DNA of 64,000 nucleotides from Thermodesulfobacteriota bacterium (GCA_036834365.1 DAITOA010000014.1:6825-70824), one strand, 5' to 3'; positions 18,010 to 27,038 are shown, counted from the stretch's first letter. Notes: generated by a model from the sequence alone, not told the origin. Numbers and translations: made by a program.

Positions 18010-19474
18010 CCAGGGCACGACTGGGACCAGGGTCATGATCGTGAACCAGGAAGGGGATGTGGCGGGGATGGCTTATTCAGAATTCCCCCAGATATACCCT
18101 CAGCCGGGTTGGGTGGAACATGATCCGGAAGTGATCTGGGAAACGACACATACGGTCATGAAGAAGGCCCTGCTTGCCGCATCCGTGCAGCCCAAGGATA
18201 TCATTGCAATCGGCATAACAAACCAGCGTGAGACCGTTGTCCTATGGGACAGGAAGACGCTGAAGCCCGTTTACAACGCCATTGTCTGGCAGTGCAGGAG
18301 ATCCGCAGCCATCTGCGACGAGCTTAAATCCGACGGTCTTGAGCCCCTGTTCCGGGAAAGGACGGGGCTGGTTGTTGATGCATATTTCTCCGGTACGAAG
18401 GTGAAATGGCTGCTCGATATGATCCCTGGCCTCAGGGCCAGGGCCCTTTCCGGCGATATAGCCTTCGGCACCATCGATACATGGATTATCGCCAAGCTCA
18501 CCAGGGGAAGAATCCATGCAACGGATTATACGAACGCCTCCAGGACTCTGATGTTCAATATCCATGAAAGGAAATGGGACAAGGAGCTCCTCAGGGTGCT
18601 TGATGTTCCTGCAGCCATGCTTCCCGGTGTCGTCTCATCGGCCGGGGTCATCGGTGAGAGCGATGTTGAGGTAACGGGAGCCGCAATCCCCATAGCGGGG
18701 ATAGCCGGTGACCAGCAGGCCGCACTCTTCGGCCAGGCATGCTTCGACGAAGGGCAAGCCAAAAATACCTATGGAACGGGATGCTTTCTCCTGCTCAACA
18801 TAGGTCATAAGAAAATCGACCCGACCAACGGCCTCATCCTGACGCTCGCCTGCGATGAAAAAGGCGGGCCGTGTTATTCCCTGGAAGGGTCGGTCTTCAT
18901 CGGCGGGGCGGTGATCCAGTGGCTCAGGGACGGGCTGGGCATCGTAGCTGATGCATCCCAGACGCAGGAGATCGCCGAGAGCGTCCCTGACACCCATGGA
19001 GTTTACATGGTTCCCGCCTTTGCAGGCCTAGGGGCGCCCCATTGGGACATGTACGCACGTGGAGCAATCCTCGGCCTCACCAGGAGCACCACCAAAGCAC
19101 ACATCGTGCGTGCGGCCCTTGAGGGTATTGCCTACCAGGTGAAGGATCTCATCGGTGCTTTCGAACAATGTAAAGGAGAGGCCTTCAGCGGGCTCAAGGT
19201 GGATGGTGGTGCATGCAAGAACAGTTTCCTCATGCAGTTTCAGTCGGACATCCTTGGGTGCCCCATCGACCGTTCACACCACATCGAGTCCACCGGTATG
19301 GGTGCCACATATCTCGCCGGAATTGCCACAGGATTCTGGAAAGCTGGTGACCAGATCCGAAGTCTCAGAAAATCGGACATGATCTTTGTCCCCATGGTCG
19401 ACGATCAGACCCGGCAGAGGCTCTATACAGGATGGAAGGACGCCGTGACCAGGGTAAAATCCAACGAAAACTGA
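17984..19474 (+). CDS. glpK: Glycerol kinase
   Basis: IDQGTTGTR, PQPGWVEHDP, ITNQRET, TDYTNASRT, GDQQAALFGQ, KNTYGTGCF, PAFAGLGAP, VDGG. ATG 17984 after GGAGGAGG. Confidence 0.96.
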   Translation: MKKHVLTIDQGTTGTRVMIVNQEGDVAGMAYSEFPQIYPQPGWVEHDPEVIWETTHTVMKKALLAASVQPKDIIAIGITNQRETVVLWDRKTLKPVYNAIVWQCRRSAAICDELKSDGLEPLFRERTGLVVDAYFSGTKVKWLLDMIPGLRARALSGDIAFGTIDTWIIAKLTRGRIHATDYTNASRTLMFNIHERKWDKELLRVLDVPAAMLPGVVSSAGVIGESDVEVTGAAIPIAGIAGDQQAALFGQACFDEGQAKNTYGTGCFLLLNIGHKKIDPTNGLILTLACDEKGGPCYSLEGSVFIGGAVIQWLRDGLGIVADASQTQEIAESVPDTHGVYMVPAFAGLGAPHWDMYARGAILGLTRSTTKAHIVRAALEGIAYQVKDLIGAFEQCKGEAFSGLKVDGGACKNSFLMQFQSDILGCPIDRSHHIESTGMGATYLAGIATGFWKAGDQIRSLRKSDMIFVPMVDDQTRQRLYTGWKDAVTRVKSNEN

Positions 19475-19475
19475 T

Positions 19476-20243
19476 ATGCGTATGGTCGAAAACATAGGTA
19501 GAATGACCATCTCCTTCCTGGAGGAGCTGGGGGCCTTCTTCATCTTCTTCTTCCAGGCCGTCTCTCAACTGGCGAGGCCACCGATCTTTCTGAAGCAGTA
19601 CTTCAAGCAGATGGAGTTCATCGGGATCCGCTCCACCCCTGTAGTCATGCTCACCGGCATATTCACCGGCATGGTAAGCGCCCTCCAGACCCATCACGGA
19701 TTCAGTCTGTTCGGTGCGGAATCTCTCGTCGGCTCTACGACGGCCCTCGGCCTTCTCAGGGAGCTCGGACCCGTACTTGCCGCACTCATGGTCACGGCCC
19801 GTGCCGGATCGGCCATGACCGCCGAGATAGGCATCATGCAGGTGACGCAACAGGTGGACGCATTGGTCGTCATGGGGGTCAACCCCTTCAAATATCTGAT
19901 CATCCCGCGTGTCGTGGCCACCGTCATCATGATGCCCATGCTGACCCTCATTTTCGATGCCATCGGCATGATCGGGTCCTATATCGTGGGGACCGTCATC
20001 CTCGACATCGATAAAGGCGTATTCATGGCACGGATCATGGAGTATGTCTCCTATGAGGACCTCTTTTCCGGCCTCATCAAGAGTTGCTTCTTCGGTGGTA
20101 TCCTGGCGGTCGTGTGCTGCTTCAAGGGGTACAGCACCAGCGGAGGGGCCGAGGGGGTTGGGAAGTCGGCCACACAGTCCGTGGTCATCTCATCGGTCAG
20201 CATCCTGATCGCCGATTATATGCTCACCGCCATCATGTTCTAG
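19476..20243 (+). CDS. mlaE: MlaE family ABC transporter permease
   Basis: RELGPVLAALMVTARAGSAMTAEIG, QQVDALVVMGVNP, PRVVA, GAEGVGKSAT. Confidence 0.92.
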   Translation: MRMVENIGRMTISFLEELGAFFIFFFQAVSQLARPPIFLKQYFKQMEFIGIRSTPVVMLTGIFTGMVSALQTHHGFSLFGAESLVGSTTALGLLRELGPVLAALMVTARAGSAMTAEIGIMQVTQQVDALVVMGVNPFKYLIIPRVVATVIMMPMLTLIFDAIGMIGSYIVGTVILDIDKGVFMARIMEYVSYEDLFSGLIKSCFFGGILAVVCCFKGYSTSGGAEGVGKSATQSVVISSVSILIADYMLTAIMF

Positions 20244-20662
20244 GTAACGGATGAGTACATGGTGATGGCTTCCACTGGACACTCCAGTGAGCAGAATCCG
20301 CACCCGATACATGCCTTTTCCTCCTTGAGGTAAGGATATCCATGGGGATACCCGCTGTCATGGGCTCCTGAGAGTGCAAGGCAGTTCACCGGGCATGTCT
20401 CGATACACATATTGCATGACATGCATTCATCACTGTTCACCCGGGGCTTTTTCCACTGGCTCCTTTTCACCATGGCGCACAGGTTTCCGAGCTGATCAAG
20501 AACCGAGGTATGGGGGCATATACGGCCACAGGCACCGCATTCAATGCATACAACCGGATCAATGACATGGATCTCTTTCTTCTCACCGGATATGGCGTTC
20601 ACAGGACAGATTTTCTTGCACGCCTGGCAGCCGACGCATGATTGGGTGATCGTAAACGGCAT
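20240..20662 (-). CDS. Polyferredoxin with four [4Fe-4S] motifs, partner of the AOR
   Basis: CVGCQACKKICP, CIECGACGRICP, CMSCNMCIETCP, CIGCGFCSLECP. Confidence 0.93.
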   Translation of the reverse strand: MPFTITQSCVGCQACKKICPVNAISGEKKEIHVIDPVVCIECGACGRICPHTSVLDQLGNLCAMVKRSQWKKPRVNSDECMSCNMCIETCPVNCLALSGAHDSGYPHGYPYLKEEKACIGCGFCSLECPVEAITMYSSVT

Positions 20663-20681
20663 ATCTTTCCTCCTGCGTTTC

Positions 20682-22643
20682 TCAGCTTACTTCAATGCCG
20701 AGCCGTATCAGAGTCTGGGGTGTCGGCTTCCCCGTAGCCGGATCCCACCCCAACTGCGCCCAGTAATCGCCCATCATCTTCTCAATGTCCACGGTCCTGC
20801 CCTTGTTGGCCCCCTGAGTCAGAGGAGGCCTCCCCACGGCCCTGTCATGCACCCTGTTCTCCTTGGGTTCTATGCCATGTTTGACGTTGAATGCCTGTCT
20901 GAGAGTCTGTATGCGCTGTCCGATCTCCATATACTGCTCGGGTGTCTTGGACCAGCCGGTCACGGCATTGAGCCAGTCAAAGGTCGGGGTCCTCGTCACC
21001 CCGAGAAAGCTGCCGAACATGCAGAGCCCGGCCCCGTTCACAACGGCCATGTACCTACTGCTGGAGGCTTCTTCCTGGGCCTTCTTCTCGTCAGCGAGAT
21101 ATCTGCTGTTCTTGGTGTAGATCTGAAATGGCAGTTTCTTCGGAATGCCCTTGACCCTCTTCCAGAGCTGGAACATCTCATAGTAAAGCTGGGAGCCGAT
21201 GGTATGCCTGCCCGGAGTCGGCTCCACTGAATAGTGCACAGCGAACCCGGGATCCATCCTGCCGTCGTGCATGGCAGGCTCCTGCCCTCCCGCATGCACG
21301 GCAAATCTATCCGATCCCTTCCCGATCCTTCTTGCTGCAGCCCTTACGCCGTCCGCAAGGACATCGCCGATTCCCTCACGATCCACCATCCTGCGGATCA
21401 GCTCCGCTATCGCACCGGCATCACCCCATGACAGATCGAGCCCTCCTGTGTCTTCCTTCGTCAGGATCCCCTGCTCGTAGCACTCCATGGCAAAGGCAAC
21501 GGCGGCACCGGCAGAAATGGTGTCCATACCGGCCCGGTTCAGATACTCGTTAAGATCAAAGAGGCTCCCAGTATCCTCGTTCATGCACAAGCCTCCCAGC
21601 GCGAGGATCGATTCATATTCCGGCTTGTGCCCTTCCTTATACTTCCCGGGATACCTGCAGATACCCCCGCAACCCAGGGGACACGAGTAGCAGTGGTACT
21701 TGATGACCTCATAGCCCTTTACAAGATCGGGATGAGCTGACTTTGACCTGCTTAAAGGCCAGTCGACATTGCTGCCCTTCCAGTTCTTCACAGGGGAATC
21801 GCCCCACTCCGGAGACATCTGATTGAGTCCACCAGTGCCCCACTTCCTGAGAATGTTCTTATACACATAACCATCCATGGCCATGGCGGTGGGCAATACC
21901 CTGAGCAGGATGCCCAGGAGCCCCAATCCTGTCCCAGGTCCAAGGGGAAGTTGCACCTTGACCCACCTGTTGCATATCCTGCTCAGCCTGTTGACCTCCT
22001 GGCGGTCATACACACGGATGCGTTTCTTCCCGTCAAGAACAACTGCCTTGAGTTTCTTTGACCCCATGACCGCCCCAAGGCCCGAACGCGCCGCCAGCCG
22101 CCCCTTGTCGTTGCAGACACCTGATATCAGAGAGAGCTTCTCCCCCGCAGGGCCTATGACTGCCACACTTGCATGTTCGCCGTACTCCTTTTTCAGAAGC
22201 TCCTCGGACTCTACGGCATCCTTTCCCCAGAGGTGGGAGGCATCCCGCAGTTCCGGCTTTCCGTTCTTTATATAGAGGAGTACAGGTTTGTCACTGATTC
22301 CGGAGAAAAAAATGCCGTCATACCCTGAGCGCTTGATGGCAGGGGAAAAGGTGCCCCCGCAGTTGGCATCACCCCACCCGCCGGTCAGGGGAGACTTGCC
22401 GACCACCATCCAGCGTCCTGAAAAGAGGCTCCCGGTTCCGGTCAGAAGTCCTGAGACAAAACCGAGGATATTCTGAGGGCCGAGAGGATCTGCTCCGGCC
22501 GGTATCCTATGGTAAAGGATATGGGAGGCAAGGCCCATGCCGGACAGATACTTCTCGTAAATCTCCTCGGGTATAAGCTCGTCTTCCATCGTAGAAGATC
22601 CCAGATCCACCATCAGAATCTTCCCCATATACCCTCTGTCCAT
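20682..22643 (-). CDS. aor: Aldehyde:ferredoxin oxidoreductase family (tungstopterin) enzyme
   Basis: KSPLTGGWGDANCGG, AARSGLGAVMGSKKLKAV, CYSCPLGC, PEYES, GMDTISAG, GLCMF, C-terminal YWAQLGWD..TGKP. AAGGAGG RBS. Confidence 0.95.
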   Translation of the reverse strand: MDRGYMGKILMVDLGSSTMEDELIPEEIYEKYLSGMGLASHILYHRIPAGADPLGPQNILGFVSGLLTGTGSLFSGRWMVVGKSPLTGGWGDANCGGTFSPAIKRSGYDGIFFSGISDKPVLLYIKNGKPELRDASHLWGKDAVESEELLKKEYGEHASVAVIGPAGEKLSLISGVCNDKGRLAARSGLGAVMGSKKLKAVVLDGKKRIRVYDRQEVNRLSRICNRWVKVQLPLGPGTGLGLLGILLRVLPTAMAMDGYVYKNILRKWGTGGLNQMSPEWGDSPVKNWKGSNVDWPLSRSKSAHPDLVKGYEVIKYHCYSCPLGCGGICRYPGKYKEGHKPEYESILALGGLCMNEDTGSLFDLNEYLNRAGMDTISAGAAVAFAMECYEQGILTKEDTGGLDLSWGDAGAIAELIRRMVDREGIGDVLADGVRAAARRIGKGSDRFAVHAGGQEPAMHDGRMDPGFAVHYSVEPTPGRHTIGSQLYYEMFQLWKRVKGIPKKLPFQIYTKNSRYLADEKKAQEEASSSRYMAVVNGAGLCMFGSFLGVTRTPTFDWLNAVTGWSKTPEQYMEIGQRIQTLRQAFNVKHGIEPKENRVHDRAVGRPPLTQGANKGRTVDIEKMMGDYWAQLGWDPATGKPTPQTLIRLGIEVS

Positions 22644-22739
22644 ACATCCTCCTTCTGGAGCAGGTACAAAAATCAGACGAACGTGCTGAGTCTCTTGATT
22701 CTGTGTCTCATTACATTCACACTCGGTAGATTAATATCA

Positions 22740-22765
22740 TAATATTGTAAAAATTTACAGTGCTA
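22740..22765. promoter_or_regulatory. Degenerate tandem operator pair upstream of aor
   Basis: TAATATTGTAA (22740-22750) and TTACAGTGCTA (22755-22765), each 2 mismatches from TAACAnTGTTA. Confidence 0.45.
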
Positions 22766-22866
22766 AGACCGCATTCATCCATGGAACAATCCTTACCTGT
22801 GGCAGAGATAATCCTGAACAAGACACATTGAACATCTTGACAACAATCCACAACAACGCTACAGGT

Positions 22867-22891
22867 TAACACTGTTACATTAACATTGTTA
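22867..22891. promoter_or_regulatory. Tandem perfect palindromes upstream of tetR-GRE (probable TetR operators)
   Basis: TAACACTGTTA (22867-22877) and TAACATTGTTA (22881-22891), downstream of TTGACA (22837-22842). Confidence 0.75.
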
Positions 22892-22910
22892 TCCTTATCA
22901 GGAGGCTTAT

Positions 22911-23603
22911 ATGCCAAAGGCTCCCAGGAGTCAAGAAGACATCGATTTCATTCGAGGCAGGATCCTTGATGAAGCACTTGCCATCATCTCGGAACAGGGA
23001 TTCAAGCAGTTCAGCATGCGCAAACTCGCATCCCGCCTGGGCATGACTGCCACGACCATATACAACTACTACTCCAGCAAAGACGAACTCTACCTCATGA
23101 TCCTCACCAAAGGTTTTGATGAGCTGGCCCAATCCCTTGAGAAGATCGACAGGACCGTTCCTGTCCCCAGGGACAAGATCAGAGACATGATCCGTGCCTA
23201 TGTGGATTACGGCATCGGGAATTCACATTACTATAATATCATGTTCACCTCCGATGCCCCCAAGTACCGTGACTATGTCGGGACAACCCTCGAGCCGGTG
23301 GCGTCTTTTGAAAAATCGACCGCGCTCAAGCTCATTGACATTACTTCAGGGATGGTCAGGGGTATTCTTCGTAAAAGTGGTATCCCTGACGAAACCATAA
23401 GATACTCCATACTCAGGCTCTGGACTTCTCTGCACGGCATCATAGCCCTCTATAACAGCAGGGTGCTCCATGAGGTGGAAGATGATCCCTCAACCACGGT
23501 CGAGCATATGGTGAATGACCTCATCACATCCTTCCAGGACCTTTTTGCCAGAAGAGAATCACTCCAGGAAAACAGGAAAAACAAAAGAATGCCGGTCGGC
23601 TGA
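22911..23603 (+). CDS. TetR/AcrR family regulator (WHG-type C-terminal domain)
   Basis: RILDEALAIISEQGFKQFSMRKLASRLGMTATTIYNYYSSKDEL; C-terminal LWTSLHGII. Confidence 0.93.
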   Translation: MPKAPRSQEDIDFIRGRILDEALAIISEQGFKQFSMRKLASRLGMTATTIYNYYSSKDELYLMILTKGFDELAQSLEKIDRTVPVPRDKIRDMIRAYVDYGIGNSHYYNIMFTSDAPKYRDYVGTTLEPVASFEKSTALKLIDITSGMVRGILRKSGIPDETIRYSILRLWTSLHGIIALYNSRVLHEVEDDPSTTVEHMVNDLITSFQDLFARRESLQENRKNKRMPVG

Positions 23604-23619
23604 CCGGGGAGGCTGATCC

Positions 23620-26583
23620 ATGAACAAGATAAATGCAGCAAACATAGCCACCAATCTTGTCCTGCGCATCATGGCACTGCACTTTAACCTGTTTGACAAG
23701 TTCAGAAAATATCTCAGGTCTGCAGATGGCTGGATCAACTTCACCGTGGGGCTCAGCACCGAAACCGGCAGCGTCAGGCAGGCCATCACCTTTTCCGAAG
23801 GGAGAGCCCGGGTGCCCCGGAGGATTCCAGAAAGGGTGGACATTGAACTCGTCTTCATGGACAACGATGTCCTGGCAGAAATGACCAAATTGCCCCCCAA
23901 CGAAGTCCTCAATCTGATATTGAAGAACAAGCTCACCATAAAGGGAAGCCTCGTCTATGCACAGATTTTCAACTTCTTCATCTCGCTGCTCATGAGGGGC
24001 AAGCAGATCAATATGATGAAGAAACAGGTCAAAGACCACATGAAGGAACTGTGCTCGACCATGCCGGAGCCGAATGAAAAAAGGCCGCCTGCCGGAAAGG
24101 CAAACATGAAGGCCGACATGGTAGATCCCGGGGTGCGATTCATCACCGATGACCCCTATCTTTCCGGATTCTCCCTTGATGATTTTCCCAGGTTGAAGAG
24201 GTTTCTTGATATCCATCTCAATGAGAAGCCCTCCATCTGCCACGAACGACCTTTGTTGCTGACCGAGTGGTTCAGAAAAAACGGTTTTGAGACGGACAGC
24301 TCAGGTAACCCATGGGTTCCGGAGTTGAGGCAGGCCAATGCGTTCAAACACCTCATGGAAAACCGTAAGCCCATCATCCGCAAGAATGACCTCATCGCCG
24401 GTACCACCACCACCAAGGAGATCGGGGTTGTGATCTATCCCGATTCGCATGGAACCATGATATGGGGGGAGCTTCTGACGGTTCCGTACCGGCATCTGTT
24501 CCCCTATGACATAACAGAAGAGACCATATCCACTCTGCACCATGAAGTGTTTCCCTTCTGGACTGACAGAAACTTCAGAGAATGGGTGCGGAACACCTAC
24601 AAGAATCCGTTATGCCAGCAGCTCGATGAAAGATTTGCCGTCTACTTCCTCTGGAAAACTGTGGCGCTTTCCCACACGGTGATCGATTATCCGAAGCTCC
24701 TTCGGATCGGCGCCCGGGGAATCATACAGGAGCTCGAGGAAGAGCTTCTCCGTAATGAGGGGGCGGACCAGTTGAAGAAAGACACCATCCAGTCCATTAT
24801 CCTCTGCTATGAAGGGCTCATTGCCTACGCCCGGAATCTGTCCGCCCAGGCTCGGTATGAGGCAGCGCGTGAACCGGATCCAGCGAGAAAGACTGAGCTT
24901 GAGAGGCTCTCCGAGATCTGCTCCAAGGTCCCCGAACAGGGGTGTGATACCTTGGACGAAGCAGTCAACGCCATCTGGATCCACTGGGTGGGTGTCCACA
25001 TGGAGAACACCAATGCAGGGTTCTCACTGGGCCGGATGGATCAGTGGCTGCAGCCCTTCTTCATTTCCGACCTGAAGAAGATCAGATCCAAGGCCAAGAA
25101 AGAAGCATACATCAAGCATGCCATAGAGCTTATAGGCTGCTTTTACCTGAGGTGCACCGACCACCTCCCCCTCATCCCGGACATCGGAAACTACCTCTTC
25201 GGGGGAAGTTCCTCGGATCAGGCCGTCACCCTGGGTGGCATCACACCTGAAGGGGAGGATGCGGTCAACGACATGACCTACATCTTCCTCAAGGTCACCG
25301 AGATGCTGGGGATACGTGATCCGAACGTCAATGCCCGGTACAATAGGGAAATGAATTCGGCCACCTACCTCAGGAGACTCTGCGAGGTCAACCTGAATAC
25401 CACGGCAACCCCATCCATCCACAATGATGAGGTTGTGATGGGTTCGCTTCGTGAGTTCGACTATCCCCCTGAACATCTCAGGGACTGGGCGGCCACCGGG
25501 TGCGTCGAACCCACGCTCTCCGGCCGGCACCTCGGGCATACCAACTGCATGATGTTCAATATGGTGGCTGCACTGGAGATGTCCATGTTCAACGGCCACC
25601 ATCCCCTCATGCGATGGAACGTGGGGCCGAAGACCGGAGACCCAGCTGACGGGTGCTTCAAGACCTTCGATGACTTTTTCGAGGCCTTCTGCAGACAGCT
25701 CGACTTCCTCGTCGACAACGTATGTGAGTATAACAGGATGCTTGGTGAGGCACACAGTGTCATCAGACCGACACCCTTCATCTCGGGCCTGATCGAAGGC
25801 CCCAGGGCAAAGGGCCGTGACGTCACCAAGGGCGGCGCGCTCTATAATTCTTCAGGCACGGCTTGCATCGGTCTGGCGGATATAACCGACTCCCTCCTCG
25901 TGATCAAGAAATTGGTCTTCGAAGAGAAAAAAACAACCCTTGCAGAGATCAAGAAGGCTGTGGAGACGAATTTTATCGACAATCCAGTTCTGCACTCAAT
26001 GGTGCTCAAGAAGGTCCCTCTCTTCGGTTCAGGCAATGAAGAAGCCGTGGACATGGCAAACCGGATCACGAAGTATATCCATGACAGATTCGGCGAGAAG
26101 GTGAACTACAGGGGAGGCCAGTATACGACGGGTTTCTGGTCCATGTCCAACCATGTCGCCTTCGGGACACTGACGGGTGCGCTTCCTTCGGGAAGACTCG
26201 CCTACAAACCCTTCACACCCGGACTTACACCCGAGGCACATGCTTCGAGGAATCTACTCGACAATATCCGCGATGTGGCTCAGCTGGTGCCCGAACACAT
26301 GAACAACAACATCGCGTTCAACGTCAAGGTCGTACCCTCAGCCAAGGACGGTCATGATACGACTGTCGACCACATCTTCGCATATGCCAAGACCTACTGC
26401 GACCTGGGCGGCATGCAGATGCAGTTCAATGTCGTCTCGTCCGACACCCTTCGTGATGCCATGCGCCACCCGGAGGAATACAGAAATCTCATGGTACGGA
26501 TATCCGGATATAATGCATACTTCGTGACCTTGAACAGGGATATGCAGCTTGAGCTCATCGAGCGGGCAGAATACGGTCTCTAG
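23620..26583 (+). CDS. Glycyl radical enzyme (PFL2/dehydratase-type) with N-terminal SCP2-like domain; function unknown
   Basis: Gly loop MVRISGYNAYF (Gly963, nt 26506), Cys loop TGCVEP (Cys628, nt 25501), SLGRMDQ; about 130-aa N-terminal extension matching the SCP2 pattern. Confidence 0.9.
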   Translation: MNKINAANIATNLVLRIMALHFNLFDKFRKYLRSADGWINFTVGLSTETGSVRQAITFSEGRARVPRRIPERVDIELVFMDNDVLAEMTKLPPNEVLNLILKNKLTIKGSLVYAQIFNFFISLLMRGKQINMMKKQVKDHMKELCSTMPEPNEKRPPAGKANMKADMVDPGVRFITDDPYLSGFSLDDFPRLKRFLDIHLNEKPSICHERPLLLTEWFRKNGFETDSSGNPWVPELRQANAFKHLMENRKPIIRKNDLIAGTTTTKEIGVVIYPDSHGTMIWGELLTVPYRHLFPYDITEETISTLHHEVFPFWTDRNFREWVRNTYKNPLCQQLDERFAVYFLWKTVALSHTVIDYPKLLRIGARGIIQELEEELLRNEGADQLKKDTIQSIILCYEGLIAYARNLSAQARYEAAREPDPARKTELERLSEICSKVPEQGCDTLDEAVNAIWIHWVGVHMENTNAGFSLGRMDQWLQPFFISDLKKIRSKAKKEAYIKHAIELIGCFYLRCTDHLPLIPDIGNYLFGGSSSDQAVTLGGITPEGEDAVNDMTYIFLKVTEMLGIRDPNVNARYNREMNSATYLRRLCEVNLNTTATPSIHNDEVVMGSLREFDYPPEHLRDWAATGCVEPTLSGRHLGHTNCMMFNMVAALEMSMFNGHHPLMRWNVGPKTGDPADGCFKTFDDFFEAFCRQLDFLVDNVCEYNRMLGEAHSVIRPTPFISGLIEGPRAKGRDVTKGGALYNSSGTACIGLADITDSLLVIKKLVFEEKKTTLAEIKKAVETNFIDNPVLHSMVLKKVPLFGSGNEEAVDMANRITKYIHDRFGEKVNYRGGQYTTGFWSMSNHVAFGTLTGALPSGRLAYKPFTPGLTPEAHASRNLLDNIRDVAQLVPEHMNNNIAFNVKVVPSAKDGHDTTVDHIFAYAKTYCDLGGMQMQFNVVSSDTLRDAMRHPEEYRNLMVRISGYNAYFVTLNRDMQLELIERAEYGL

Positions 26584-26588
26584 CATAT

Positions 26589-27038
26589 TCACGGGATGAA
26601 CCGGTTGATCTGCCTCTCCAACTCCTGCTGGGGGAGTGCCCCCTGAAGGGTATTGACGACCGTCCCGTTCTTGAAGAGGAACATGCTCGGTATGGATCGG
26701 ATGCCATACTTCGATGCCGTGACTGGATTCTCATCCACATTGACTTTAACAACCTTAAGCCTGCCGGCATAGTTGGCGGAAAGACTGTCCAGAACGGGAG
26801 ACATGGTCCTGCATGGACCGCACCACGGTGCCCAGAAGTCGACCAATACCGGGGTGCCGCTTTGTAAGACCTCTGCGGTGAATGTTATGTCGGTCGCTGC
26901 GACCGGTTCATTGATACCCTGGAGAGTCAGCCTTGCATGACATTTCCCGCACAAAGGCTTCTCGTGCAGCCGCGCCTTGGGAATCCTATTCCTGGAACCG
27001 CATGTTCTGCATGTTATAATGATGTCATCAGCGCCCAT
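26589..27038 (-). CDS. trxC: Thioredoxin 2 with N-terminal zinc-binding CxxC pairs
   Basis: CRTCGSRNRIP...CGKC plus DFWAPWCGPCR. Confidence 0.92.
   Translation of the reverse strand: MGADDIIITCRTCGSRNRIPKARLHEKPLCGKCHARLTLQGINEPVAATDITFTAEVLQSGTPVLVDFWAPWCGPCRTMSPVLDSLSANYAGRLKVVKVNVDENPVTASKYGIRSIPSMFLFKNGTVVNTLQGALPQQELERQINRFIP

Noticed and set aside
23620-26583. Calling the GRE pyruvate formate-lyase or an alkyl/benzylsuccinate synthase
   Set aside because: It has a single Cys in GCVEP, not the PFL Cys-Cys pair or the CMSP-type loop of fumarate-adding enzymes, and no small bss/ass subunits are present.
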